Shown: piece after piece, positions 39,894 through 49,934 of the stretch
How the letters are laid out: each line of letters starts with the position of its first letter
How positions within the stretch are numbered: the first letter of the stretch is position 1
Assembly: GCA_963713825.1 (NCBI GenBank)
Contig: CAVQNG010000004.1
Span: 1-64,000, forward strand
Source: an uncultured Acidobacteriota bacterium
GTDB lineage: Bacteria > Acidobacteriota > Thermoanaerobaculia > Multivoradales > JAHEKO01
DNA length: 64,000 bases
Direction of reading: 5' to 3'
Notes under the pieces: generated by a model
Told to the model about the DNA's origin: nothing
The model's input: the letters and a program-made list of their open reading frames with translations, nothing else
Databases searched by the model: none
Made by a program: the position numbers and the translations under genes

Positions 39894-39951
39894 GCCCTGC
39901 CCCTACTGCCCTAAGCCCCTACTGCCCTAGGCCCCTAAGCCCTTAAGCCCT
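39894..39951. repeat. 8-bp tandem array between convergent genes
   Basis: CCCTACTG CCCTAAGC CCCTACTG CCCTAGGC CCCTAAGC CCTTAAGC CCT. Confidence 0.8.
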
Positions 39952-39953
39952 GG

Positions 39954-41330
39954 TCAAGCCAACCCGAGGTCCTCGAGCGCCAGGGCCGTTTCTCCCAGAA
40001 TCTCCTCGTCGGACTCTTCTGCACCGAGGTCGAAGAGGGCCTCTCCGACTTCACCCACGATCGTTTCCTGAACACTGGGAGATTCGTTCACCAGGGCTTG
40101 ATTCAGCCATCCAACGGATCGCCTCGGCTTGCACGCGGAGAGACGCTGAATCGCTTGTATGTAACGCTCCGCTACCCGATCCGGAGCGTGCTGAGCCAGG
40201 ACCCAACGTCTCGCGTTCGCTCCCAACTGAGCTCGGAGGGCCGGCTCCTCGGCCAGCGCCCAGAGGGCAGCCAGGAGAAGCTTTTCCTCGTGGTCGTCCA
40301 CCGGCACTCTGACGACAGAATCATCCGGTACTTCGCCCAACCATCCCACATCCGACACGATCACTGCCTGCCCAAGGCCCAACAAGCGCAATGCTGTCCC
40401 TGAAGTCTCGCCTCCAGAGGGGTGCCGCAAATTCACAGCTACGTCGACCGCCTGCATGTACTCGACGAAGCGGTCCATGCCCTGCCTCCCCGTCACCACG
40501 ACACCTTGCCCGAGGTCGCCCGCCAACAGGCTCTCGAGACCCTGGAACGGAGAGGTGTCACCCACCAGGTAGAGACGGGCCTCGGCGACTCTCCGGCGCA
40601 GACTGGCAAAGGACGCCAGTACCACCTCCAACCGCTTGGCTTCGGACATCAGACCGAAGGAGGCGACGACGAATGCCGACTCGGGTATGCCGAGTCGCTG
40701 CCGGAGAGCCGTGCGCTCACCTGCCGGAAGAGGATCCATCGAGCTGTCGCGCAGTAGAAGGTGCGGCACCACCTCGATCTTCGCCTTGGGCCGACTGGCT
40801 CGAATCCTGTCCCGGGCCGTCTGGTTGTGCACGATAACGCCCTGGCTGACATCCACAATAGGCTCGAAGAGTGGATAGCCCCAGAGGTCGCGCTGCGCAC
40901 CGGTTCCCAGGTATCGACGAGCCAGGGACTCGCCTTTCTCGCCATAGACGGCCCGCATGAGTCCGACCCATTCCGGCGCTCGACGACGATCGATCGTGAT
41001 GCCCCGGATCAGATGCTGCAGCATGAACTCGTGGAGCACGACGATGCCAGGCTCTTGCAGTGCCATCTCATAGATCGCACCGTGGAAGCCGGGCTCGTTG
41101 CCGATCTGGTAGAGCGTCGCGTCGCGCTGGGTCCAACTCGTCAGCTCCGACAGGGGCGCCACCGTGTATCGGCGTTGCAGCGCGGTGGACACCGGGGCGC
41201 CTCCAGCGCTGAACAGCCGTATCTCCGCGCAATGCGGCTCGAGCTCCGAAAGGAGTCCGGCGCTGTAGTCCGCAATCCCCGAATGGGCCGGCGGCAGCGG
41301 ACTGCAGTAGGCAAGGCGTAAGGAGCTCAT
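39954..41330 (-). CDS. GT4-family glycosyltransferase
   Basis: SPLPPAHSGIADYS, YQIGNE, VVLHE, NLRHPSGGETSG. Confidence 0.85.
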   Translation of the reverse strand: MSSLRLAYCSPLPPAHSGIADYSAGLLSELEPHCAEIRLFSAGGAPVSTALQRRYTVAPLSELTSWTQRDATLYQIGNEPGFHGAIYEMALQEPGIVVLHEFMLQHLIRGITIDRRRAPEWVGLMRAVYGEKGESLARRYLGTGAQRDLWGYPLFEPIVDVSQGVIVHNQTARDRIRASRPKAKIEVVPHLLLRDSSMDPLPAGERTALRQRLGIPESAFVVASFGLMSEAKRLEVVLASFASLRRRVAEARLYLVGDTSPFQGLESLLAGDLGQGVVVTGRQGMDRFVEYMQAVDVAVNLRHPSGGETSGTALRLLGLGQAVIVSDVGWLGEVPDDSVVRVPVDDHEEKLLLAALWALAEEPALRAQLGANARRWVLAQHAPDRVAERYIQAIQRLSACKPRRSVGWLNQALVNESPSVQETIVGEVGEALFDLGAEESDEEILGETALALEDLGLA

Positions 41331-42373
41331 ACCGGCAAGGTTGCGGTCAGCCCATCGATCACCCGATCCCAGGAGACATCGGCGATCGCCTCCTTGCCCT
41401 TCTCACCCATCGTCTGAGCCCGGGAGCGGTCCTCGAACAGCGCATCGAAGGCGCGGGCGAAGTGCCTCGGCTCCGCGGCACTGCAGATCCAGCCGTTGAC
41501 GCCGTCACGCACGAATTCCAGAACGCCACCGGAATCAGCTGCCGCAACGACGGGTTTCAGCGCACCGAAGGCCTCCAGCGTTACGAAGCCATAGTCTTCA
41601 TCGTAGGGAGCGTGAAAGACACCGAGGCACTGGGCATAGTGATCCAGGAGCTCCTCATCGTCGACCCAACCCAGTAGCTCGACTTTGTCACCGAGCCCCT
41701 CTGCGGTGATCAGTGACGCCAGTGTCTCGCCGAGCGGACCGGTTCCAGCGATCTTGCCCTTGACGCCGGACCGGGTGTACTTGAAGGCTCGGACCATGGC
41801 CTCGACCCGCTTCATGTCGTCCAGTCTGCCGGCAAAGAACACGTAGTCCCCGTAGCCATCGCATCGCAACTGATCCGCGAGCTTCGGTGGCGGGTACAGA
41901 GTCTCCGCTTCCAGACCGTTGTGCGCTTCGAGCCGACGCGCCACGTTGTGGGCGATCGCGAAGAGACCCCGCGCCTCACCCAAACCACGCCGATCCATCG
42001 CATGAATCGTCTCGACGACCGACCGGCTCTCAGGTCCGTGATCGAAGAATCCGTAGCGCGTTCCATCGAGATCGTACGCCTGGCGAAACTGGTGGTAGAG
42101 CCAGACGACTTTGTTTCTGTGGCGGATAAGGTAGGAAGGAAAGCGGGTCGCGATCACCAGATCGATCTCTTCACCTGCCGCCGTCTTGAGGTCGATCAGG
42201 CGCCAGGCCAGGCCACTCTTCAAGAGCTCCTGCTGACTGGACCAGTTGAAGGGGAGACGAATGTGATCGACTTCGAAACCTCGCCGCGACAACTCCTGTT
42301 CGAGAGTCTCGTCGAGAATCTCGGCGCCTCCATAAGAGAATGGAATCTTCGTCGAGCAGATGCAGACCCGCAT
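41327..42373 (-). CDS. GT4-family glycosyltransferase
   Basis: GGAE, ATRFPSY, GRLDDMKR, EDYGFVTLEA. Confidence 0.88.
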   Translation of the reverse strand: MRVCICSTKIPFSYGGAEILDETLEQELSRRGFEVDHIRLPFNWSSQQELLKSGLAWRLIDLKTAAGEEIDLVIATRFPSYLIRHRNKVVWLYHQFRQAYDLDGTRYGFFDHGPESRSVVETIHAMDRRGLGEARGLFAIAHNVARRLEAHNGLEAETLYPPPKLADQLRCDGYGDYVFFAGRLDDMKRVEAMVRAFKYTRSGVKGKIAGTGPLGETLASLITAEGLGDKVELLGWVDDEELLDHYAQCLGVFHAPYDEDYGFVTLEAFGALKPVVAAADSGGVLEFVRDGVNGWICSAAEPRHFARAFDALFEDRSRAQTMGEKGKEAIADVSWDRVIDGLTATLPV

Positions 42374-42762
42374 TAGTCGCGTTCTCGCTCCAACGCCTCC
42401 ACTCGACGCTGCAGGTCACTGACTTCCCGCTGGAGTCGCTGGTTTCTCTTCACGACGTCACCGAAGCTCAGCGTGACATTGCGATTGAAGCCATTCTGCT
42501 GCCGCAAAAGAGGAACCGTGTACCACTTCAGGAAGAGATGCCGAAACAGCTTGCGGGAAAAGACGATCAGACCGCCGATGCCAGGCCTCGCGGAGACCGC
42601 TGGAGGCTCTTCCAGAAACTGACTGCTATCGAGCTCGTGCAGGCCGCTGCCATCCAAGGTCGGGTTCTGCCCAGCCAGCTGGGACCGTCGGCGCTCGATG
42701 CCTTCGCGGAGTCGCTCGACGACTGCGCTGTCGGTCTGGTCGCTACTGGACTCGTCCATCAC
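42373..42762 (-). CDS. Small hypothetical protein with C-terminal coiled coil, coupled to the glycosyltransferase genes
   Basis: WY..P...QQ..FN motif, then heptad-like LQREVSDLQRRVEALE; its stop overlaps the GT start. Confidence 0.6.
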   Translation of the reverse strand: MMDESSSDQTDSAVVERLREGIERRRSQLAGQNPTLDGSGLHELDSSQFLEEPPAVSARPGIGGLIVFSRKLFRHLFLKWYTVPLLRQQNGFNRNVTLSFGDVVKRNQRLQREVSDLQRRVEALERERD

Positions 42763-42824
42763 GTCTCTTTCTCAGGCCGAGTCATTGTAGCAGCGGGCGG
42801 CAACCCCACTGCCTCAATGCCCCG

Positions 42825-43931
42825 CTATGCCAGCTCGATCTGAATCCGGCGCAAGCCCTCTTTCAGATACTCCGGCTTGCCGCCCAACCAGATCCGCAGA
42901 TAGCCCTCCATGCCCAGATAGCTGCCCGGTACGACAAGCGTGTTCTGCCGCTGGCGAATCCGCTCACTGAGCTCGAGACTGGGGTAGTCGCCCGGATACT
43001 GCATGAAACAGATGGCCCCAGCCTGCGGCGCCACAAAAGAGAATCCTGCGCCCAGACCAGCCACCCATTCCGTCACGATCGCGAGATTCTCCTGCAGCAG
43101 AGCTCTGCCCCGATTGTAGAGAGCCTCCCGGTTCTTCTCGTCGACCGCGATGCGGGCGATGGCGTCGGAGAGCTTGCTCGGACAAATGGTCAGCGAGTCG
43201 TGCTGGGTCCAACACTCCTGCACAATCTCGTGTGGCCCAACGATCCAGCCAATGCGGGCACCGGGTATTCCATAGGCCTTCGACAGCCCACTATTGACGA
43301 TCACCCTGTCGCTCATCCCCCAGAAGCTCGTCGTCCGCTCACTGTGAATCTCGGCTCCCAGATACACCTCGTCGGCGATCAGGTAGGCCTCCATCTCCTC
43401 ACAGCGGGCCACGATCCGCTCCATGGCCGACTTCGACAGGACGGACCCGGTGGGATTGTTGGGATTGGACACATAGACCAGGCGAGTTCTGGGGTTGACC
43501 GCGGCCTCGAACTCCTCCCAATCAGGCTCCCAACCGTTCCTCTGAAGAAGATGGAACTTGTTGACCTTGCCGCCTAGACTGCGTGGCACTCCCCAGAGCT
43601 GCATGTAGTTGGGAACTTCGAGAGCGAACTCGTCCCCCTCCTCCATGAGACTCAGGGTGACCATGAAGTTGGCCTCCGAGGTGCCGTTCGTGACTTCGAT
43701 ATCGTCGATGCCGGCGCCTGGATAGAGCTTGGACAGAGCTTCTCGAAGCTCTGGAGTCCCGTTACCCTGACTGTAGGTGAGCGGCGTGTCGAGAGCCCAA
43801 TCGAGATCGAACCCCATTTCGACCAGTTCCCGGAGCGAGACCGGTAGAACACCACTCTCGCTCAAGTCGTACTCGACCACATTCTCCCAGGTCGACTGCA
43901 TGCGTTCCATCTCGAAAACTTCAATCTTCAT
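42825..43931 (-). CDS. Class I/II PLP aminotransferase
   Basis: NPNNPTG, ADEVY, SGLSKAYGIPGARIGW. Confidence 0.9.
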   Translation of the reverse strand: MKIEVFEMERMQSTWENVVEYDLSESGVLPVSLRELVEMGFDLDWALDTPLTYSQGNGTPELREALSKLYPGAGIDDIEVTNGTSEANFMVTLSLMEEGDEFALEVPNYMQLWGVPRSLGGKVNKFHLLQRNGWEPDWEEFEAAVNPRTRLVYVSNPNNPTGSVLSKSAMERIVARCEEMEAYLIADEVYLGAEIHSERTTSFWGMSDRVIVNSGLSKAYGIPGARIGWIVGPHEIVQECWTQHDSLTICPSKLSDAIARIAVDEKNREALYNRGRALLQENLAIVTEWVAGLGAGFSFVAPQAGAICFMQYPGDYPSLELSERIRQRQNTLVVPGSYLGMEGYLRIWLGGKPEYLKEGLRRIQIELA

Positions 43932-43933
43932 TT

Positions 43934-45013
43934 CTATCTCCCCCCAGTATCGTCGCCTAAGGACTCAGTAACGGTGATGAGATCGCCCAGCACTCCGTAG
44001 ACGGTGTCTTTGACGCTGGGATTATCTTGTACCACCACGATCGGCGCCATCAGATCGGTCGAGATTCGCAACGCGTTGCCGGTTCCCGAGATCGACCACA
44101 GCGGATGTCCGACCGGCACAGTCTCGACGCCAACCTTCGCCGCCACGCCGCCGTCCTGGCGCCAAGCTCGACAGATCAGCTTGAGCTTGTCGCCTCGCAC
44201 GCCGACTTCCTGCAGGTCAGCGAGAGTCACATCCTCGATACCTCTGCGCTCCACCTGCGAGGGATCGATGTCCGCCCCCATGAAGGCATTGGCCAGAACG
44301 CAGGTCTTCGCCGTCGCATCCCAGCCTTGCAGATCGAGAGTCGGATCGGCCTCTGCAAAGCCCTGCAGCTGGGCCAGCTCCACTGCCTCTTGAAGGCCAA
44401 GGCCCTCTTCCATGCGCGACAGAACATAGTTGGTCGTCGAGTTCAGGATGCCCTCCAGGGCCTCGATTCGACAGCCTCTCAAGGTGTGGCGGACCAGGTT
44501 CAGCACTGGTGCTCCGTCCATGACGGTGGACTCATGGAGGAGCAGCACCCCTCGTGATGCGGCCAGGTTCATGAGGTCCCGATAGGCATACGCGAAGGGC
44601 CCCTTGTTGGCGGTGACCACGTGCCTCGAGCGCTCGAGAGCAGCACGAATGTGGGAGATGGCGGGCTCTCCTCTATGCTCGATGGAGAGAGGAGTCAGCT
44701 CGACCAGGGTGTCGTAGTCGAGCTCCTGAGCCGCTCGCAGGCTATCGAGCGCCGCGGTGTCGGGATTCTGGACCGAGAAGCGGCCCGCCCCTTCGAGCTC
44801 CGAGAGGGCCCGCACTAGATCGACACCCGATTCACACGCTACCGAGCCTCGGGTCCCCGTGGTGATGCCGACAATCTGGATGTCCAGGGATGCCAAGCCC
44901 GGATATCGATCTCGCTCGATCGCCAGCGTTCGAATCAGGCCCCGCCCCACATTGCCACACCCCAAGAGCAGGATCTTCAGAGGAGCTTTCCGAGCGTTTT
45001 CCAATCGACACAT
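43934..45013 (-). CDS. hom: Homoserine dehydrogenase (short form, no ACT domain)
   Basis: GCGNVG, VVTANKGP, GILNSTTNYVL, GFAEADPTLD, DATAK. Confidence 0.8.
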   Translation of the reverse strand: MCRLENARKAPLKILLLGCGNVGRGLIRTLAIERDRYPGLASLDIQIVGITTGTRGSVACESGVDLVRALSELEGAGRFSVQNPDTAALDSLRAAQELDYDTLVELTPLSIEHRGEPAISHIRAALERSRHVVTANKGPFAYAYRDLMNLAASRGVLLLHESTVMDGAPVLNLVRHTLRGCRIEALEGILNSTTNYVLSRMEEGLGLQEAVELAQLQGFAEADPTLDLQGWDATAKTCVLANAFMGADIDPSQVERRGIEDVTLADLQEVGVRGDKLKLICRAWRQDGGVAAKVGVETVPVGHPLWSISGTGNALRISTDLMAPIVVVQDNPSVKDTVYGVLGDLITVTESLGDDTGGR

Positions 45014-45121
45014 CCCCTTTTCACGGCCTCTTCCCCAACGCAACTACGACGCCAGCGCGACGCACAGTTCTTGTAGACTTGCATCTCCTGCTAGGACGTT
45101 CAAGGGGGGGCTTCTCGAGTC

Positions 45122-45991
45122 ATGTCCAAATCCTTCGGTGGCCAGAACATGTTCGAACCACTACGGCGGGTCCTGGTCAAGCGCCCGGACAAAGCCTTCG
45201 CAGTCGAAGACCCCGACCGCTGGCACTACGTTGCCGGTCCTGACCTGGAGCGTGCCCAGCAAGAACACGACTCCTTGGTGGAGACCCTGCGCCAAGCGGG
45301 CACCGAAGTCCTGCCCCACGAGGAGCTTCAACCCGATCGAGCCGACGCCATCTACGTGTTCGATCCGATCCTGCTCACCGATCACGGAGCCGTGGTGCTC
45401 AGCATGGGCAAGGACCTGAGACGAGGGGAGGAGGAGTGCCTGGCCCAACGCCTGAGGGAGCTGGGTGTTCCGACCCTCTTCAGCCTCGAAGGCGACGCCC
45501 GCGCCGAGGGTGGCGACCTACTGTGGCTGGATGAAACGACCTTGGCCGCCGGAATCGGGTTTCGGACGAACCAGGAAGGTGTTCGGCAACTGAGAACCGG
45601 CCTCGAGCCCTTACGTATCGAGGTCAGAGCGTTCGAGTTGCCCTACTTCACCGGCCCCGAGGCCTGCCTGCATCTGCTGTCGCTCATCAGCCTTCTCGAT
45701 CACGATCTGGCCGTTGTCTACCCACCCCTGATGCCAGTTCCCTTTTGGCAGGAGCTCGAAGCGAGAGGATTCCAACTCGTCATCGTGCCCGAGGAGGAGT
45801 TCGAAACCATGGGTACCAATGTGCTGGCTCTGGGACCCAGAGACTGTCTGGTCCTCGAAGGCAATCCGGTGACTCGAGAGCGCCTCGAAGAGGCCGGCTG
45901 TCGCGTCGTCTCCTATCAGGGCAACGAGATTTCCCTGAAGTGCGAGGGAGGGCCGACCTGTCTGACACGGCCTCTGCTTCGGCGACCCTGA
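45122..45991 (+). CDS. Amidinotransferase/DDAH (pentein) family protein
   Basis: DAIYVFDP, RRGE, AEGGD, CLHL, GGPTCLT (catalytic Cys). Confidence 0.85.
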   Translation: MSKSFGGQNMFEPLRRVLVKRPDKAFAVEDPDRWHYVAGPDLERAQQEHDSLVETLRQAGTEVLPHEELQPDRADAIYVFDPILLTDHGAVVLSMGKDLRRGEEECLAQRLRELGVPTLFSLEGDARAEGGDLLWLDETTLAAGIGFRTNQEGVRQLRTGLEPLRIEVRAFELPYFTGPEACLHLLSLISLLDHDLAVVYPPLMPVPFWQELEARGFQLVIVPEEEFETMGTNVLALGPRDCLVLEGNPVTRERLEEAGCRVVSYQGNEISLKCEGGPTCLTRPLLRRP

Positions 45992-46021
45992 CGTCGCTCT
46001 ACCGGCAAGCCCCGAGCCTCC

Positions 46022-47287
46022 ATGAACTCCCTCGAGAAGCAAGTCCTCGACGCCATCGACTTCGAGGGCCTGCTGAGCTTTCTGGAGCGCCTGATCGCCA
46101 TTCCGAGCTGTGACGGCCGGGAGACTTCGGCTCAGGAGGCGGTGGCGCTCCACATGGAGGCTTGCGGCCTGGAAGTCGATACCTGGGAGCTCGACTTCGA
46201 ACAACTGCAGAAGCACCCAGCTTGCTTCCAGGAAGTCCACCGTGAGCATGGACTCGGTGTCGTCGGCAGCCTCGGCGGGGTGGGTGCTGGTTCGGACCTG
46301 ATCTTCAACGGCCACATCGATGTCGTACCGGCAGGCGATCCGACGAATTGGAGCTGCCCGCCCTGGCGAGGCACCCTGAGTTCGAACCAGATGTATGGTC
46401 GGGGCGCGGCGGACATGAAGGGAGGGCTCTCCTGCGGCATCTATGCAGCCAAGGCCCTCCTCGATGCCGGAATCCGCCTCAATGGACGACTGCTCGTCGA
46501 AAGCGTGATCGGTGAGGAGGACGGCGGGGTCGGCACGCTCGCCACCCTCCTCCGGGGTCACCGAGCCGACGCGGCCATCATCATGGAACCGACCCGGCTG
46601 GCCGTCATCCCCGCCCAGGCGGGAGCCCTGAATTTCAGACTGACCGTCAAGGGGTTGTCGGCCCATGGCTGTGTGCGGGACGAAGGCGTCAGCGCCATCG
46701 AAAAGTTCCAGCCGATCTTCTCCGGCCTTCGCACCTTCGAGCTGAGGCGCAACAGGGGCAATAGCGACCCCCTTTTCGCCAACTACGCCCTCCCCTACCC
46801 CATCTCCATCGGGACCGTCTCGGCTGGCGACTGGGCCTCGACCGTACCGGAACAACTGGTGTGTGAGGGCCGCTACGGAGTTCGGCTCGACGAGGACCTG
46901 GGAACGGCGCGTCAGCAATTCGAAGAGACCCTGGCCCAGATCGCCAGTGAGGATCCGTGGCTGGCCGACCATCCGCCCGAGATCGAATGGTGGGGCGGCC
47001 AGTTCGCACCGGCGGAGACACCTCGAGATCACGCCATTCTCGAGAGCGTCTCCGAGGTCATTCGGGAGCTCACCGGCTCCAGTCCGCCCGTGGAAGGGGT
47101 GCCGTACGGCGCCGACATGAGGCTGCTGGTCAATGAAGGTAGGATCCCCACCATTCTATTTGGACCGGGGGACGTCCGACAGTCCCATCGCCCCGACGAG
47201 TTCGTGCCTTTGGACGATTTGCTACTGGCCACACGTGCTTTGACCCTGACAGCGATGCGGTACTGCGGCGTTGCTCAGGAAGGATGA
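46022..47287 (+). CDS. M20 ArgE/DapE-family deacylase
   Basis: FNGHIDVVP, GRGAADMKGG, GEEDGG, EPT, SHRPDE. Confidence 0.88.
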   Translation: MNSLEKQVLDAIDFEGLLSFLERLIAIPSCDGRETSAQEAVALHMEACGLEVDTWELDFEQLQKHPACFQEVHREHGLGVVGSLGGVGAGSDLIFNGHIDVVPAGDPTNWSCPPWRGTLSSNQMYGRGAADMKGGLSCGIYAAKALLDAGIRLNGRLLVESVIGEEDGGVGTLATLLRGHRADAAIIMEPTRLAVIPAQAGALNFRLTVKGLSAHGCVRDEGVSAIEKFQPIFSGLRTFELRRNRGNSDPLFANYALPYPISIGTVSAGDWASTVPEQLVCEGRYGVRLDEDLGTARQQFEETLAQIASEDPWLADHPPEIEWWGGQFAPAETPRDHAILESVSEVIRELTGSSPPVEGVPYGADMRLLVNEGRIPTILFGPGDVRQSHRPDEFVPLDDLLLATRALTLTAMRYCGVAQEG

Positions 47288-47339
47288 AGGAAGCATCCGC
47301 CGCCGTCAGGGCGGCATCTGTTGATTCCAGGAGGGAACC

Positions 47340-49934
47340 ATGAACTGCTACTCGATCAACCGCAGAAACAACTCGAGCCCGGCGTTGAAGTCGGCGGTAG
47401 CCATCGTGTTCTGCCTTGTCTGGATGACCTCGGCAGCCTGCCAGAGAAAGTCAGCGGACGACACCTCTGGCGACTTTCCGACGGCTGCCATCGAGGCTCT
47501 CTTCACTCCATTCAACGACGGTAGCTCGCCGGGTGTCGCCGTAGCTGTCGTCAAAGACGGGCAGGTCGCTTTCATGGACGGTTTTGGCCTGGCCGACTTG
47601 CAATCCGGAGCTCCGATCGAGCCCCGATCACAGTTCCGCCTGGCCTCCGTCTCGAAGCAGTTCGCCGGCATGGCCATCATGCTGCTGGACGAGGAGGGTG
47701 TCCTCGACTACGACGATCCGATCACCAGCTATCTGCCGGAGCTGTCGCGAATCGGTGCGGCGGTCACGATCCGGCAGTTGCTGCAGCACACCGGTGGCCT
47801 GCCCGACTACTACGAGGCCCTGACGGCCGCCACGGGAGATGAATGGCCGACCAACGAGGACGCCGTGAAGTTCTTTGCTGAATGGGGTGAGCCCCTATTC
47901 CCGCCGGGCGAGCGATGGGAGTACAGCAACCCCGGCTACGAGATGCTCGCCGCGATCGTCGCCCGCGCCACCGGCAGCTCTTTCAGCTCGTTCATGGCCG
48001 AGAGGATCTTCGAGCCATTGGGAATGACCAACACTCTCGTCTTCGATGAGCGAGACCCTGAGATTCCGCACCGCGCCTACGGCTACTCCAAGGATGAGGA
48101 CGGCTCCTTCGGTCTCAACGACGAAGACCCACTGAACTTCTTGACGGGCTCGGGAGGAATCTACTCGACCGTGGAAGACCTCGTTGCCTGGGATCGGGCC
48201 CTCGATGGCCAGGACCTGGTGCCGAGCTCGACCCTCGACCTGGCCTTTACTCCCACTGTCTTCAGTAGTGGCGACACCTACCCGTATGGTTTCGGCTGGA
48301 CTGTCGGCTCCGACCCCGCACTGGGTACGGTCCAAATGCACTCGGGAGGCTGGGTCGGCTTCAGTACCCAGATCGTGCGCTACCCGGACGTCGATTTCAG
48401 CGTCATCCTGCTGTCCAACCTCGATACGTTTCATGGCGCCGGCTACGCCCGTCGGATTGCCGATCTGGTCTTTCCTCCCGCTCCTGTCCTGATTACGGGA
48501 GCCAGAGTCATCGACGGCACCGGCAGTCCTTCTCAGTCGGTAAGTGTTCGCGTGGAGGGAGATCGCATCGAGGCCGTCGGGCAGCTCGAGCCGCGCCCAG
48601 GCGACCTGGTCATGAATGCGGACGGCCTGGTTCTGGCGCCGGGATTCATCGACACCCACAGCCACGGCGACTCTGCCGAGCCCTCTGTTCTAGCCGCGGC
48701 CGAGGGTGCGGTCAGCCAAGGTGTGACCACTCTTGCTGGAGGGCCCGACGGCTACTCCCTGTTCCCGTTGAGCGATTTCTTCGATCGTTTGGATGCTGCC
48801 CCACCTGCAGTGAACATGCTGTCCTATGTCGGTCATGGCACATTGCGAGAGCAGGTCATGGGTGACGATTTCCGCCGGGCAGCGACCGAGGCCGAGATCG
48901 AGACCATGATAGGCCTGTTGAAACAGGAAATGGAATCCGGAGCCTGGGGATTGTCAACAGGACTGGAGTACGACCCGGGGATCTACTCCGAGACCGACGA
49001 AGTAGTAGCACTGGCTCGGGAAGCTGAATCCTACGGCGGCCGATACACGAGCCACATTCGAAGCGAGGACCGCTACTTCTGGGAAGCCATCGACGAGATT
49101 CTCACCATCGGGAGAGAGGCCGGGATTCCGGTCAACATCACGCACATCAAGCTCGCCATGCAGAGCTCCCACGGCAGGGCCGAGGAGCTGCTCCAGATCC
49201 TCGATGAAGCGCGGGCCAACGGCATCGAGGTGACGGCCGACATCTATCCCTACACCTATTGGCAGTCAACTCTGACAGTCCTGTTTCCCGAGCGCGATTT
49301 TCAGAACCTCGAAGCCGCCGAGTTCGCCGTGACAGAGATCGCCCCACCCGACGGCATGCTCATCCCTCAGTTCGCTCCCGAGCCTGCCCTCGAAGGCAAG
49401 ACCCTGGCTGAGATCGCGACGCTCAGAGGCACGGGTCCAGCCCGTACCCTGATGGATCTGATCGCCGAGGCCGAGGCTTTTCAGAAGGATAATGGGGAGG
49501 AAGATGTCGAGACCGTCATCGCAGTCAGCATGAGTGAGGAGGACATCGAGCGACTCATGCAATGGCCTTGGAGCAACATCTGCACCGACGGCGAGCTCTG
49601 GGGAGCACACCCACGGGGATTCGGGACATTTACCAGAGTGCTGGGACGCTATGTCCGTGACCGGCAGGTGCTGACTCTCGAGGACGCGATCCACAAGATG
49701 ACGGGCCTGTCTGCGACCACCCTGGGGTTGAAGGACCGTGGGCGCATCGAGCCCGGACTCATGGCTGATCTCGTGCTCTTCGATGCCGACACCGTTCTCG
49801 ACCGAGCCACTACCGATTACCCGCACGATGTCTCGCGCGGGATCGAGACGGTCTGGGTCAATGGCAGCGTGGTGTGGCACGACAGCCTTTCTACAAACCG
49901 AGCTCCTGGAAGGGCCCTGAGGCGGGCACAGTGA
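47340..49934 (+). CDS. Exported fusion: beta-lactamase-like serine hydrolase plus D-aminoacylase-type amidohydrolase
   Basis: Lipoprotein-like SAAC; SVSK, YSN, HSGG; then PGFIDTHSH, SHIRSE, HIK, CTDG..HPRGFG. Confidence 0.85.
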   Translation: MNCYSINRRNNSSPALKSAVAIVFCLVWMTSAACQRKSADDTSGDFPTAAIEALFTPFNDGSSPGVAVAVVKDGQVAFMDGFGLADLQSGAPIEPRSQFRLASVSKQFAGMAIMLLDEEGVLDYDDPITSYLPELSRIGAAVTIRQLLQHTGGLPDYYEALTAATGDEWPTNEDAVKFFAEWGEPLFPPGERWEYSNPGYEMLAAIVARATGSSFSSFMAERIFEPLGMTNTLVFDERDPEIPHRAYGYSKDEDGSFGLNDEDPLNFLTGSGGIYSTVEDLVAWDRALDGQDLVPSSTLDLAFTPTVFSSGDTYPYGFGWTVGSDPALGTVQMHSGGWVGFSTQIVRYPDVDFSVILLSNLDTFHGAGYARRIADLVFPPAPVLITGARVIDGTGSPSQSVSVRVEGDRIEAVGQLEPRPGDLVMNADGLVLAPGFIDTHSHGDSAEPSVLAAAEGAVSQGVTTLAGGPDGYSLFPLSDFFDRLDAAPPAVNMLSYVGHGTLREQVMGDDFRRAATEAEIETMIGLLKQEMESGAWGLSTGLEYDPGIYSETDEVVALAREAESYGGRYTSHIRSEDRYFWEAIDEILTIGREAGIPVNITHIKLAMQSSHGRAEELLQILDEARANGIEVTADIYPYTYWQSTLTVLFPERDFQNLEAAEFAVTEIAPPDGMLIPQFAPEPALEGKTLAEIATLRGTGPARTLMDLIAEAEAFQKDNGEEDVETVIAVSMSEEDIERLMQWPWSNICTDGELWGAHPRGFGTFTRVLGRYVRDRQVLTLEDAIHKMTGLSATTLGLKDRGRIEPGLMADLVLFDADTVLDRATTDYPHDVSRGIETVWVNGSVVWHDSLSTNRAPGRALRRAQ

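Noticed and set aside
47340-48480. Beta-lactam resistance gene
   Set aside because: The SxxK/YxN fold is shared by many D-peptidases and esterases; the fusion and operon context favour D-amino-acid metabolism.
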